Shown: piece by piece, positions 9,494 through 18,306 of the stretch
Layout of the letters: every line of letters begins with the position of its first letter
Numbering within the stretch: position 1 is the first letter of the stretch
NCBI GenBank assembly: GCA_018650165.1
Contig: JABIGM010000028.1
Location: 1 to 31,195, forward strand
Reading direction: 5' to 3'
Source of the DNA: Methanobacteriota archaeon
Lineage (GTDB): Archaea > Thermoplasmatota > Poseidoniia > Poseidoniales > Poseidoniaceae
DNA length: 31,195 nucleotides
Position numbers and translations under genes: made by a program
Notes under the pieces: generated by a model
The model's database searches: none
Told to the model about the DNA's origin: nothing
What the model saw: the letters and a program-made list of their open reading frames with translations, nothing else

Positions 9494-9974
9494 TAGCACT
9501 ACATACGTCTATGACGCTGACGGATTAGTCCTAGGACGTCTGGCTAGCACAGTTGCAGACCTTCTTCTGAAGAGCACACGTGCCGGTAACAGCGACCAAG
9601 TGGTCATTGTAAATTCAGAGAAGGCAGTCGTTTCTGGCAAGCCAACATCCGTATTTTCAACATACCATGACAAGTACGCACTAAACCATGCTCGTAAGGG
9701 ACCCTTTTTCCCACGTATGCCTGATATGATTCTGAAGAGAACTGTCAGGGGTATGTTGCCTTACCAGGAAAAGAGCAGCGGCCGCCGAGCCCTACGTAAT
9801 CTACGTGTTGAAATCGGTTGCCCTAGCCATCTTTCAGGAGATCTTCCTGAAGGACACGAAGCTGGCGATGACAGCAAGATTCGCCGAGCCCTTCCACAGC
9901 GATTCGTTCGTTTGGGAGACATCAGCGCCAACCTCGGCGCACCAGCACACCGTTGGAATGGAGGTGAGCAGTGA
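9486..9974 (+). CDS. rpl13: 50S ribosomal protein L13 (uL13)
   Basis: YDADGLVLGRLAS.VA..LL, VVIVNSEKAVVSG, GPFFPRMPD.ILKRTVRGMLP; TTG start preceded by SD-like GGGGGTG. Confidence 0.95.
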   Translation: MADSTTYVYDADGLVLGRLASTVADLLLKSTRAGNSDQVVIVNSEKAVVSGKPTSVFSTYHDKYALNHARKGPFFPRMPDMILKRTVRGMLPYQEKSSGRRALRNLRVEIGCPSHLSGDLPEGHEAGDDSKIRRALPQRFVRLGDISANLGAPAHRWNGGEQ

Positions 9975-10408
9975 TGGCTCGTAAGCAAAAGAAAGTAGCA
10001 CGTACATCAGGTAAGCGTAAGACTGCAGTTGCACGTGCCACCGTAAAGGCTGGCAAAGGAAGAGTTCGTGTTAATAGCGAACCTATCGAAATTCTACAAC
10101 CTGCTCTATCTCGCCGTAAGGCCATGGAGCCGCTAATTATTGCTGATGCAATGAAACGCCTTGCAAAGGTGGATATCAACATCCTAACCCACGGTGGTGG
10201 AATTATGGGTCAGACAGATGCGATTAGAACAGCAATTGCTCGTGGACTCGTTCACTACAATGGTGGTGCTGAAGGCCTTGATGAGGAACTTCGTGACGAA
10301 TACCTGCGCTTCGACCGCAGCCTATTGGTCAACGACCCTCGTCGTAAGGAAGCTAAGCATCAACTCGGTCGCGGTGCTCGCCAAAAGAAGCAGAAGTCCT
10401 ATAGGTGA
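9974..10408 (+). CDS. rps9: 30S ribosomal protein S9 (uS9)
   Basis: SGKRKTAVARA, GGGIMGQTDAIRTAIARGLV, DRSLLVNDPRRKE.K..LGRGAR.K.QKSYR; TGATG overlap with rpl13 and SD GGAGGTGA. Confidence 0.97.
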   Translation: MARKQKKVARTSGKRKTAVARATVKAGKGRVRVNSEPIEILQPALSRRKAMEPLIIADAMKRLAKVDINILTHGGGIMGQTDAIRTAIARGLVHYNGGAEGLDEELRDEYLRFDRSLLVNDPRRKEAKHQLGRGARQKKQKSYR

Positions 10409-10413
10409 TTTAG

Positions 10414-10617
10414 ATGATTATTCCAGTACGTTGTTTCAGCTGTGGCGGTATTATCGCGCACAAGTGGGAAGAGTTCAATGAAAAGAAAGACGCAGGTAGC
10501 GATATCATGACGGCTCTCGATGAAGTCGGACTTGATCGTTATTGTTGCCGAAGAATGTTTGTCTCACACATTGAACTAATCGATGAGGTTGCACCTTTCA
10601 GTGCACCTCGCCAATGA
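10414..10617 (+). CDS. rpoN: DNA-directed RNA polymerase subunit N (Rpo10)
   Basis: MIIPVRCFSCG...LD..GL.RYCCRRM zinc-binding signature; position after rps9. Confidence 0.97.
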   Translation: MIIPVRCFSCGGIIAHKWEEFNEKKDAGSDIMTALDEVGLDRYCCRRMFVSHIELIDEVAPFSAPRQ

Positions 10618-10652
10618 GTTAGCAAAAATTGACTATCTAATTCCCAAGCAAA

Positions 10653-10727
10653 GGGCCTGTGGGTTAGCTTGGCCTATACTTGGCGGCTGGGGGCCGTCAG
10701 ACCCCAGTTCAAATCTGGGCAGGCCCA
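10653..10727 (+). tRNA. tRNA-Pro (anticodon GGG), intronless, CCA not encoded
   Basis: Acceptor GGGCCTG/CAGGCCC, anticodon arm GGCGG-CTGGGGG-CCGTC, T arm CCCAG-TTCAAAT-CTGGG; usual euryarchaeal position after rpoN. Confidence 0.93.
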
Positions 10728-10750
10728 TCTCTGGGATGGATGTTTGAATC

Positions 10751-10795
10751 CAACTCATACTGAGTCTCCGTAGGAGACTCGAAGGCAATGAGTTG
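10751..10795. other. Two-stem hairpin between tRNA-Pro and the beta-helix protein gene
   Basis: CAACTCAT/ATGAGTTG (8 bp) enclosing GAGTCTCC-[GTA]-GGAGACTC (8 bp) with an asymmetric internal loop. Confidence 0.5.
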
Positions 10796-10821
10796 ATGGT
10801 AGATGAGTATTACCCGCAACT

Positions 10822-13800
10822 ATGAAAATCCGCGCGGCAGTGTTGGTAACCCTCCTAATAATGACCTCTGCAGCCTCAGTAATGGCTAGTGATACAGTCA
10901 CTACACAAGATGTAGAGATTTCTGGAAATTACGTGATGACAGGAAATTATACTGTTAGCCATGGAACAACTTTGACTCTAAAACCGGGTGCAACTATCGA
11001 TATGCAGAACTTTTGGCTAGAAGTTGAAGGAACTCTTGTTGGAAACAATGCAACAATAATGTCGTCAATTCAAACAACAGGCCAGGGGTCTCATAACGCT
11101 GGAGTTTGGGATGCTTTGACCATTTCTTCGATAGGTGTAGCAACTTTGGACAACATTACAATCTCGAATGCGAAGTCATGTATTATTGTTGACGGAACCT
11201 TGTCAGCTACTGGGTTGGTACTAGAGGATTGTTTAATCGGACTAGAAGTGGCAGGATCTGCAACAATCAGTGAGATATCTTCCGCACATATCGACCATGA
11301 CGGAATAAGAGTCACTGGAGTTGCAGATATTTCGGATTCCACATTTAGTGACATGAGCGGAGGTATTCTATCCAGCGGAGACCTCACCTTAGCTGGCGCT
11401 GACTTTACAGATGTAGGGACAGGACTGTCACTTACAGGAGGGACTGCCGATGTATCAACACTCAACTTTGTTTCAGGTATAGGAAACGGAGTTAGTATCT
11501 CCTCAGGCGTTACTGGAGATGTTGATGGGATGATAGGTCATTCTGCAAACGCCATTGTTTCGATGGATGCCTCTGGATTCACTTTGGCTAATATTGACAT
11601 GAGCGGTGAAAGATTAGTTAATTCATGGACAGCAGGCGACTTGACAATCTCAGATGTAGTCTTTGATGCAGATAGTGGTGAGACCCCGATTGACATTCGT
11701 ACCTCGGGCACAGTTACACTTTCCAATATTGCTTTGACTGGGCAATTTTCGGCCCAACAATCAACATTTAATGCACCATGGATTGGTATGAATTTAGCAG
11801 GAAGTGGCGATTACATAATTGATTCATCTAATATTGCATCTACTGATACAGCATTGAAAGCGAGTGGCACAGGAACTCTCTCAATTTCAGATTCTACATT
11901 TACTTCGGATAGAAAGGGATTATCATTTTCAGGAATTTCAGCAACCACTTTGCATAATGTAGTGGTTAACATCTCTAGTGGAGGCGAAATGGGAATTGAT
12001 ATTCTTCAGGGAATCCATACTTTCTCAGAGTTGGAAGTGAATATGCCATTCAATCAATTCGAAAGCGGTAGCACTGGAATTGAAGCATGGTGGTGTGAAA
12101 TCAATGCCGAAGATATTGCGGTAAACGGGTTCGCAAATGGTTTATCAGTTCATGAATCCATTCTAACAGCAGAAGATTTGACCCTTCTCGATTCCAGCGA
12201 ACAGGGACTATCTGCATCATCTTCAATGGTTACCGTTACCGATGCTTTGGAAACGAGACTTGCAGATAGCGGCCTGGCATTGGTGTCTTCTACAGCAGTT
12301 CTTAGGACATGGACCATGTCATATCATGACAATGGAGGGGAAATTGACTCCTCGTCCGAAGTAATTGTTTGGTCTTTGTCATCAATTGGCAATCTTAATT
12401 CAGATACTACAGGAGACGGGACTCTACATTACGGAACAAGTCAAACATTGTTGATTGATACTGTTGCAAATTATCGTTTGTGGGAGATGACGATATCATT
12501 CGAAGACCTAACTGGAAACTCAGTAGATGCCGATTGGGAAGTTCTAGGATTCAGCGGAACTGCTTCGAATGGCGAAGATATACTTCCAGTTAGCGAATCA
12601 GGGTCGCAGATCACTGCGACCTTTTCTGGCATAGGTGCTCTTTCTAGACCGTCTGGAGTCCAAGGTGGAACTCATACGATACAAGTACCTTTGATGCCAC
12701 AAAGCGACTGGACATTAGCTGGTGGAACCATTGTAGTTCTTGGCCCAACCGAAGATGGTAGCCCACATATCGCAGGAGGGAACATTACTATTCCATCTAA
12801 CTCCCAACTTCGCTTGCAAGATACAACGCTTCAATTACCGAGTTATGCCACACTAACCATAGATTACAATGGTGAATTTCTTGGGATTAATTCACACTTC
12901 GAAGGCGATGTTATCTCTTCAGGAGGCAGTGTGAATGATGATTATACGGGTGAAGAAAACTTGACCATCGTCGGGGATGTCATGTGGACCTCATGTCCAA
13001 TTGTTTCTCAAGAGGTACCAAATCTCAACATCGTAGGAGATATTCACCTAGATAATTCATGCAAAGTTACAATTCATACAGGAGGAGTTTCAGGAGATGT
13101 AACCGTTGGCACTGGAGCGATTTTCGAGATAGTCAACACTCTTGAAGTAACAGTTCTAGACAAGGGCATTGCCGTTCAAGGCGCATCAATAACAGTTCAG
13201 GGACAAAGCGTTTCTACAGACGCAGATGGTAAAGCTAGCAAATCAACAACCGCGTTAAGAGTTGACTCGAGCGGAACCACAACTGCTGGCCTAACGCAGG
13301 TAACAATGCAACGGGGTTCAATTTCAGACCTAATGGCCTGGGATACATCAGCATCTAAACAACATACTTTCATTGCCTCTACAATTTCAGGGGGGACTTT
13401 ATCTGAATGGCTTATCCTTGAGAAGGCATGGAGCCCTTACTACCTATCAAGCAATCTCGTGATCCCACAAAGCCAGACTATGACAATAAATGATGGTGTT
13501 TCATTGCGTGTTGCTGATGAAATAGCAATCACAGTAGAGGGTACATTCGAATCAGGGTATTCTACAATTTCATCTATGGGTGGAGGTGCAAGGTGGGGCG
13601 GCTTGATCGTTGGAGATAACGTCGAAACAACCGCTTCATTACTTGGTACAAGTTTAGTAGAAGGCTCACCAGTCTTGACCATGAGTGGTTATGCAGATAT
13701 AATTCTGAGCGACGGTTTACTTTCTCGTTCTAGTGGAGCAGAACCTCTGATTCGCATGACCAATTCTGCTGAAGGCACCCTTCAAATTGTTTCTACCACA

Positions 13801-15402
13801 CTTTCAGATTCCGCTTCTTATTGTATTGAAGCTCAAGGAACAGCGGAATTATCAATGCAACAAGTAACAATGCAAACTTGTGCAACAGATTCCCTTTGGG
13901 CCCGTAGTCTACCCCTTTCTATCGATGGATTAACCGTTACAGAAAAGGTCGACCTTGGCGGAGTCACAGGTGAAATGAACGACTTGAATGGAGCCGACTT
14001 ACATTTCAATAATTTAGATGGATTTATGATGTCAGATTTAACTCTTACATCAATAAATGGTTCAGATAACCGTGAGATAAATATCGATGGAGCGGTAATT
14101 AATGGAGCACCAGCAATTGATTTCGAAAATACAGCAGGTAGTATCTCTCATTTAGCAATCAACTGTGGCGGAAGTGGCGTTGGAGTTACTTCTCACCACG
14201 GCAGAGCATCTTCACCTCTTACCATTAGTGATTCATCAATTACATCTTGTACAAAAGGAATCGATTTACACACCGATGGCGAATCTGCTGCAATGGAATT
14301 AAATGATGTTAGCATCGAATCGATGGTGGCAATTTCTAGTGATGGAAACGACATAGTAATCCATGATGGAATTTTAAACGGTTCGGTAGATATGAACTCA
14401 GCAATGGCAAACCTCTTCGATGTATTGCCAACGTCTCAATCAACAACATTTGGGCAAATAATAATGTGGAAAACACACATCCTAGATGTACGCTTAGGAG
14501 CATTATCAGTGGAAGCAAACCTCGAACTTTCAGTTGGAGAAAGTTGGTCAGAAACTACGCTTGGCAGCAGTGTCCAAATTGCGATTCCACATACTACGGT
14601 TAGCGATACGGGTACCGATGCAGTAAGCATAGTTACAATTGTAGCAACAGCAGAAAATTTGCCAGACAGCAACGAACAGTATTCCTTTGGCCCAACTGAA
14701 GATGAAATAATCCAAATAAATATGGTCAGTAATCAAGCACCAAGTATCGATATAATCGATCCAGAAGATGGATTCACTATAATGGAAACATTGCCAATAG
14801 AAATCAGGGCTGTTATCAGCGACGACCTAGATTCTAACAGCGAGTTACAAATCATATGGCGAGTTACAATTGGGCAAACCGAAATGCAACAATTATCTGG
14901 CGAATGGAATAATATCACAGACCTCCAGGCGGGAACATATGTCCTTACTTTGGAAGTAACAGATACACAAGGCATGATGTCTAGTGCATCGAGTTCATTC
15001 ACAATTACATTACTTGATTCGGATGGAGATTGGATTGGAACATGCAATCTCGAAACCTGGTTCGATAAAGAAGAGAACGTGTATTGTGGCCCTGATGTTT
15101 ATGATACCGATGATGATAACGATGGAGTTCTAGACATAAGAGACCCATGGCCTACAGATTCCTGTGCTAGCATGGATACAGATAGTGATGGCCAACCTGA
15201 CAATATGCATTGCCCACCGGGAGTTACAACTTGGCTAACTGTTGATCCAGACGATGACGGAGATGGAATTCCAGATACATCCGAAGGACAAGAATCCGAT
15301 GACGATTCTAGTGGTAGCCCGATCACCATAATCATCTTCGTTGGCCTGTTCCTTGCCGCAGCAGCATTTATGCTAATGCGCAAAGAGCAGGAAGTGGAGT
15401 GA
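10822..15402 (+). CDS. Large (1,526 aa) secreted, membrane-anchored protein with right-handed parallel beta-helix modules, a PKD/Ig-like domain, TSP3-like repeats and a C-terminal TM
   Basis: Signal peptide MKIRAAVLVTLLIMTSAASVMA. Ser/Thr/Gly/Ile-rich beta-helix-like turns (I.I.DS.F, GI.I). NQAP..L.AGTYVLTLEVTD Ig domain. DTDDDNDG and DTDSDG repeats. TM ITIIIFVGLFLAAAAFMLM-RK. Confidence 0.8.
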   Translation: MKIRAAVLVTLLIMTSAASVMASDTVTTQDVEISGNYVMTGNYTVSHGTTLTLKPGATIDMQNFWLEVEGTLVGNNATIMSSIQTTGQGSHNAGVWDALTISSIGVATLDNITISNAKSCIIVDGTLSATGLVLEDCLIGLEVAGSATISEISSAHIDHDGIRVTGVADISDSTFSDMSGGILSSGDLTLAGADFTDVGTGLSLTGGTADVSTLNFVSGIGNGVSISSGVTGDVDGMIGHSANAIVSMDASGFTLANIDMSGERLVNSWTAGDLTISDVVFDADSGETPIDIRTSGTVTLSNIALTGQFSAQQSTFNAPWIGMNLAGSGDYIIDSSNIASTDTALKASGTGTLSISDSTFTSDRKGLSFSGISATTLHNVVVNISSGGEMGIDILQGIHTFSELEVNMPFNQFESGSTGIEAWWCEINAEDIAVNGFANGLSVHESILTAEDLTLLDSSEQGLSASSSMVTVTDALETRLADSGLALVSSTAVLRTWTMSYHDNGGEIDSSSEVIVWSLSSIGNLNSDTTGDGTLHYGTSQTLLIDTVANYRLWEMTISFEDLTGNSVDADWEVLGFSGTASNGEDILPVSESGSQITATFSGIGALSRPSGVQGGTHTIQVPLMPQSDWTLAGGTIVVLGPTEDGSPHIAGGNITIPSNSQLRLQDTTLQLPSYATLTIDYNGEFLGINSHFEGDVISSGGSVNDDYTGEENLTIVGDVMWTSCPIVSQEVPNLNIVGDIHLDNSCKVTIHTGGVSGDVTVGTGAIFEIVNTLEVTVLDKGIAVQGASITVQGQSVSTDADGKASKSTTALRVDSSGTTTAGLTQVTMQRGSISDLMAWDTSASKQHTFIASTISGGTLSEWLILEKAWSPYYLSSNLVIPQSQTMTINDGVSLRVADEIAITVEGTFESGYSTISSMGGGARWGGLIVGDNVETTASLLGTSLVEGSPVLTMSGYADIILSDGLLSRSSGAEPLIRMTNSAEGTLQIVSTTLSDSASYCIEAQGTAELSMQQVTMQTCATDSLWARSLPLSIDGLTVTEKVDLGGVTGEMNDLNGADLHFNNLDGFMMSDLTLTSINGSDNREINIDGAVINGAPAIDFENTAGSISHLAINCGGSGVGVTSHHGRASSPLTISDSSITSCTKGIDLHTDGESAAMELNDVSIESMVAISSDGNDIVIHDGILNGSVDMNSAMANLFDVLPTSQSTTFGQIIMWKTHILDVRLGALSVEANLELSVGESWSETTLGSSVQIAIPHTTVSDTGTDAVSIVTIVATAENLPDSNEQYSFGPTEDEIIQINMVSNQAPSIDIIDPEDGFTIMETLPIEIRAVISDDLDSNSELQIIWRVTIGQTEMQQLSGEWNNITDLQAGTYVLTLEVTDTQGMMSSASSSFTITLLDSDGDWIGTCNLETWFDKEENVYCGPDVYDTDDDNDGVLDIRDPWPTDSCASMDTDSDGQPDNMHCPPGVTTWLTVDPDDDGDGIPDTSEGQESDDDSSGSPITIIIFVGLFLAAAAFMLMRKEQEVE

Positions 15403-15941
15403 TGGCTGCACTCGCAAACACTCTACCTGACCCAGAAGCGATGGCTCAGTTTTGTGTTGCGCTATTGGGAATAATAGTTGCATGGGATGCATGGTGGCTT
15501 GGTCGCCAACGAGTAGATATTCCAACACTTGGAGAATTGCCCAATGCAGGTTATGCCTGGGAGTCCAATCAATCCCAAGAGGTCTCTCGCCAATGGGCTA
15601 ACCTGATGACAATGGGCGCCATGATGGTATTGCCATGGATGCTTGCAGAGCTATCTGATACGCCAATTATTTGGGTTTGGATTTGGGATATTTTGCTAGC
15701 AATACATCTTATTTCATTATTAATTCCCAAGAGGTATGCCATAACAGCAACCCATCTCTTTGCAGATGGTCAAAGGTATGAGTGGAATCGTCTTAAACTT
15801 GCAAAGAAGCAACCAAGGAAACGCATCATGTTACTCCGTAAAGGATGGGGCCCGTTTGGACCATTGCCCTTGGGAGGAGAAAGAAGCGAACTAACAATAG
15901 CACTTGAAAGAATAAATTCCATTTTGAGTGAAGAAGAATAA
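15402..15941 (+). CDS. Hypothetical membrane protein (~3 TM plus soluble C-terminal domain), 179 aa
   Basis: TGATG overlap with the upstream gene; hydrophobic segments AQFCVALLGIIVAWDAWWL, LMTMGAMMVLPWML and IIWVWIWDILLAIHLISLLI. Confidence 0.75.
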   Translation: MAALANTLPDPEAMAQFCVALLGIIVAWDAWWLGRQRVDIPTLGELPNAGYAWESNQSQEVSRQWANLMTMGAMMVLPWMLAELSDTPIIWVWIWDILLAIHLISLLIPKRYAITATHLFADGQRYEWNRLKLAKKQPRKRIMLLRKGWGPFGPLPLGGERSELTIALERINSILSEEE

Positions 15942-15946
15942 GTTCA

Positions 15947-17728
15947 CTATTCAAAAGACTCTAATTCACCGGTTTGAACAGCCCACAATCGAGCATAAGT
16001 TCCTGAATTAGATACTAACTCTTCATGGGTTCCATCTTCAATGATTTCTCCCTTTTCAAGAACTAAAATTCTGTCAGCATTACGAATTGTAGACAGGCGA
16101 TGAGCAATAATTACGGTCGTACGGTCCTTTGACACTTTACTGATTGAGCGCTGTAAAGCGGCCTCAGTCTCGTTGTCAACCGCAGATGTCGCTTCATCTA
16201 AAACCAGTAAAGGTGCATTTTTCAAAACAGCCCGAGCAATAGCCAATCTTTGGCGCTGGCCACCAGATAAACGATGACCACCTTCGCCAACAAGTGTGGC
16301 CCAACGTTCGGGTAATTCCTCGATAAAACCCGATGCTTCAGCCACAGCACCTGCCGCCTTCACATCGGCATCGCTCGCGTCGGGATTTCCATATCGAATA
16401 TTCTCAAGGATTGTAGTTGGAAATAGTGTAATGTGCTGATCTACTAATGCGATTGAAGAGCGAAGGCGATTCAGGTTCCATTCTGGCAAGACGCCCCCCG
16501 CCCATTCAATGCTACCTTCATCTGGTTCTGCAAAGCGTAATAGTAACCTGACAAGAGTTGTTTTTCCTGAACCGGTCACCCCAACCACGCCAGTCGTTTT
16601 CCCAGATAATATCGATAAATCAAGGCCATCAAACACCTTGTCGCGCCCAGTATAAGCAAAATGGACACCTTTGAAACTAATATTAGAATCTTCAATATCC
16701 TTTTGTCTAGGATTGTAATTTCCTTGTTTTATCTCCGTAGGGGATGTTAACACATTCAGAACTCTAGTAGATGACGCCATTGCTCTTTGGTATAGGTCGA
16801 AAGTTTCTCCAAGGCGAGTTAATGGCCACAGCAACCTTTGCGTCATGAAAACCAATACCGAATATGCACCAATAGCGAGCCCGCCTTCAAGCGTAATCCA
16901 ACCGCCGAGCAATAGTGTCGCTGTAAAACCACATAGAATCGCCATTCGAATCATTGGCACAAATGCAACTGAAAGTTTGATGGCTTTCTTGTTTGCATCA
17001 CGGTATTTGTTACTCAAATCTTCTACGCGCTCAAGCTCTCTACTCTCTGCAGTAAATGATTGAATTGTAGACATCCCCGAGAGGTCATTTTCCAATAATG
17101 CATTTAATTTTCCAGCGGTGTTTCGAACCTCTGCATATCGAGGTTCAAGACTGCGCTGATATAGGAATGACCCCCAGATAATAACGGGAATCGGAAGGAC
17201 AGCAAATAGTGCGACCTTCCATGAAATTGCCAAGAATACCGCCCCGACTACTATCACAGTAGTACTGACCTGAAGGAGGTCATTAGCACCCTTGTCTAAA
17301 AACCGCTCAAGTTGATTCACATCATCATTTAGAATCGCCAAAACATCTCCCTTTTGTCTTTCATCGAACCACCCCATTCCTTGTTCTTGGACATGGGCAA
17401 AAGTCTCCAAGCGCAATTCATGTTGTACAGTTTGAGCTAAATTTCTCCATAATATCCCATAGAAATATTCGAATAACGATTCAAGTCCCCAGATAAAGAA
17501 AGTTAGGACTGAGAGAAATATCAGTTGATGCCAGGGATCTACAACTCCAAAGCCTGCCAGAAACGAATCCTCTCGCTCTACAACAACATCAACAGCTAAG
17601 CCAATCAGTAACGGAGGCGCCAAATCCCAAATTTTGTTCAGAACAGAACACAATGTGGCCAAGCGAATAGTGGCCCGGTGAGGGGACATATATCCTAGCA
17701 AACGCTTGAATGGCCCCACCTCACTCAT
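15947..17728 (-). CDS. ABC exporter half-transporter (TMD+NBD fusion, MsbA/MdlB-like)
   Basis: N-terminal TM domain; Walker A GVTGSGKTT, Q-loop, signature LSGGQRQR, Walker B LLVLDEATSAVD, H-loop IAHRLST. Confidence 0.93.
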   Translation of the reverse strand: MSEVGPFKRLLGYMSPHRATIRLATLCSVLNKIWDLAPPLLIGLAVDVVVEREDSFLAGFGVVDPWHQLIFLSVLTFFIWGLESLFEYFYGILWRNLAQTVQHELRLETFAHVQEQGMGWFDERQKGDVLAILNDDVNQLERFLDKGANDLLQVSTTVIVVGAVFLAISWKVALFAVLPIPVIIWGSFLYQRSLEPRYAEVRNTAGKLNALLENDLSGMSTIQSFTAESRELERVEDLSNKYRDANKKAIKLSVAFVPMIRMAILCGFTATLLLGGWITLEGGLAIGAYSVLVFMTQRLLWPLTRLGETFDLYQRAMASSTRVLNVLTSPTEIKQGNYNPRQKDIEDSNISFKGVHFAYTGRDKVFDGLDLSILSGKTTGVVGVTGSGKTTLVRLLLRFAEPDEGSIEWAGGVLPEWNLNRLRSSIALVDQHITLFPTTILENIRYGNPDASDADVKAAGAVAEASGFIEELPERWATLVGEGGHRLSGGQRQRLAIARAVLKNAPLLVLDEATSAVDNETEAALQRSISKVSKDRTTVIIAHRLSTIRNADRILVLEKGEIIEDGTHEELVSNSGTYARLWAVQTGELESFE

Positions 17729-17779
17729 AGACCTGCTAGCGGCATGGATTATGAGAATGCTCGCATTTCTAAAATCGTC

Positions 17780-17805
17780 AAAATTAGATTATTTGTTCTA
17801 ATTTT
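17780..17805. promoter_or_regulatory. Perfect 9-bp AT-rich inverted repeat in the divergent promoter region; candidate operator
   Basis: AAAATTAGA-N8-TCTAATTTT between the ABC and DUF296 genes. Confidence 0.35.
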
Positions 17806-17846
17806 ACAAGCGAACCCTAATCAGGTGGCGTTTAGAGCCTAATTAC

Positions 17847-18275
17847 ATGGAATGGACACGAAGTGGCGAAGACCTGTTTGTAAGAATTGATCCAAATGAA
17901 GAAATCCATGCTTCATTACAAAGTCTAGCAGACGAAGTAGGATTTGATGCTGCAGCAATTACAAGTGGAATCGGGCGTACTCGAGATAATAAATATGGGT
18001 ACATGAACGAAGAAGGAGTGTATCAACCTAGACCACTCGACGCTCCGTCAGAATTAGTAAGTTTATCAGGCAACATTGCAAGAACACAAGATGGTGCAGC
18101 CTTTACTCACATTCATTGTTGCTGGTCAGATGATGACAACAATGTCCACGCAGGGCATATGTTTCAGGCTACAGTTCATGTAGTCGCTGAGATTCATATT
18201 CGCATACTTTCCGATGCGATAATGACACGTTGCCCATTGGCTGATTTCGAACTTCTTGGGTTACAATTTTCGTGA
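17847..18275 (+). CDS. PPC/DUF296-domain protein (AF0104-like, putative Zn-binding)
   Basis: R.DPNEEI..SL, SGIG, ELVSLSGNI, THIH...GH (three-His site), VAEI pattern. Confidence 0.88.
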   Translation: MEWTRSGEDLFVRIDPNEEIHASLQSLADEVGFDAAAITSGIGRTRDNKYGYMNEEGVYQPRPLDAPSELVSLSGNIARTQDGAAFTHIHCCWSDDDNNVHAGHMFQATVHVVAEIHIRILSDAIMTRCPLADFELLGLQFS

Positions 18276-18306
18276 AGTTCATACCCTATGGCGTTGGTGA
18301 ATAATC

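Noticed and set aside
10653-10727. Integrated element at tRNA-Pro or tRNA-Arg
   Set aside because: No integrase or transposase, and I noticed no duplicated tRNA 3' end (manual scan, not exhaustive)
10759-10790. Hammerhead ribozyme (CTGA...GAA around a stem)
   Set aside because: The core lacks CUGANGA and GAAA; also no convincing C/D boxes
11091-15383. Antisense ORFs within the beta-helix gene
   Set aside because: Nested reverse-frame translations of a biased coding strand
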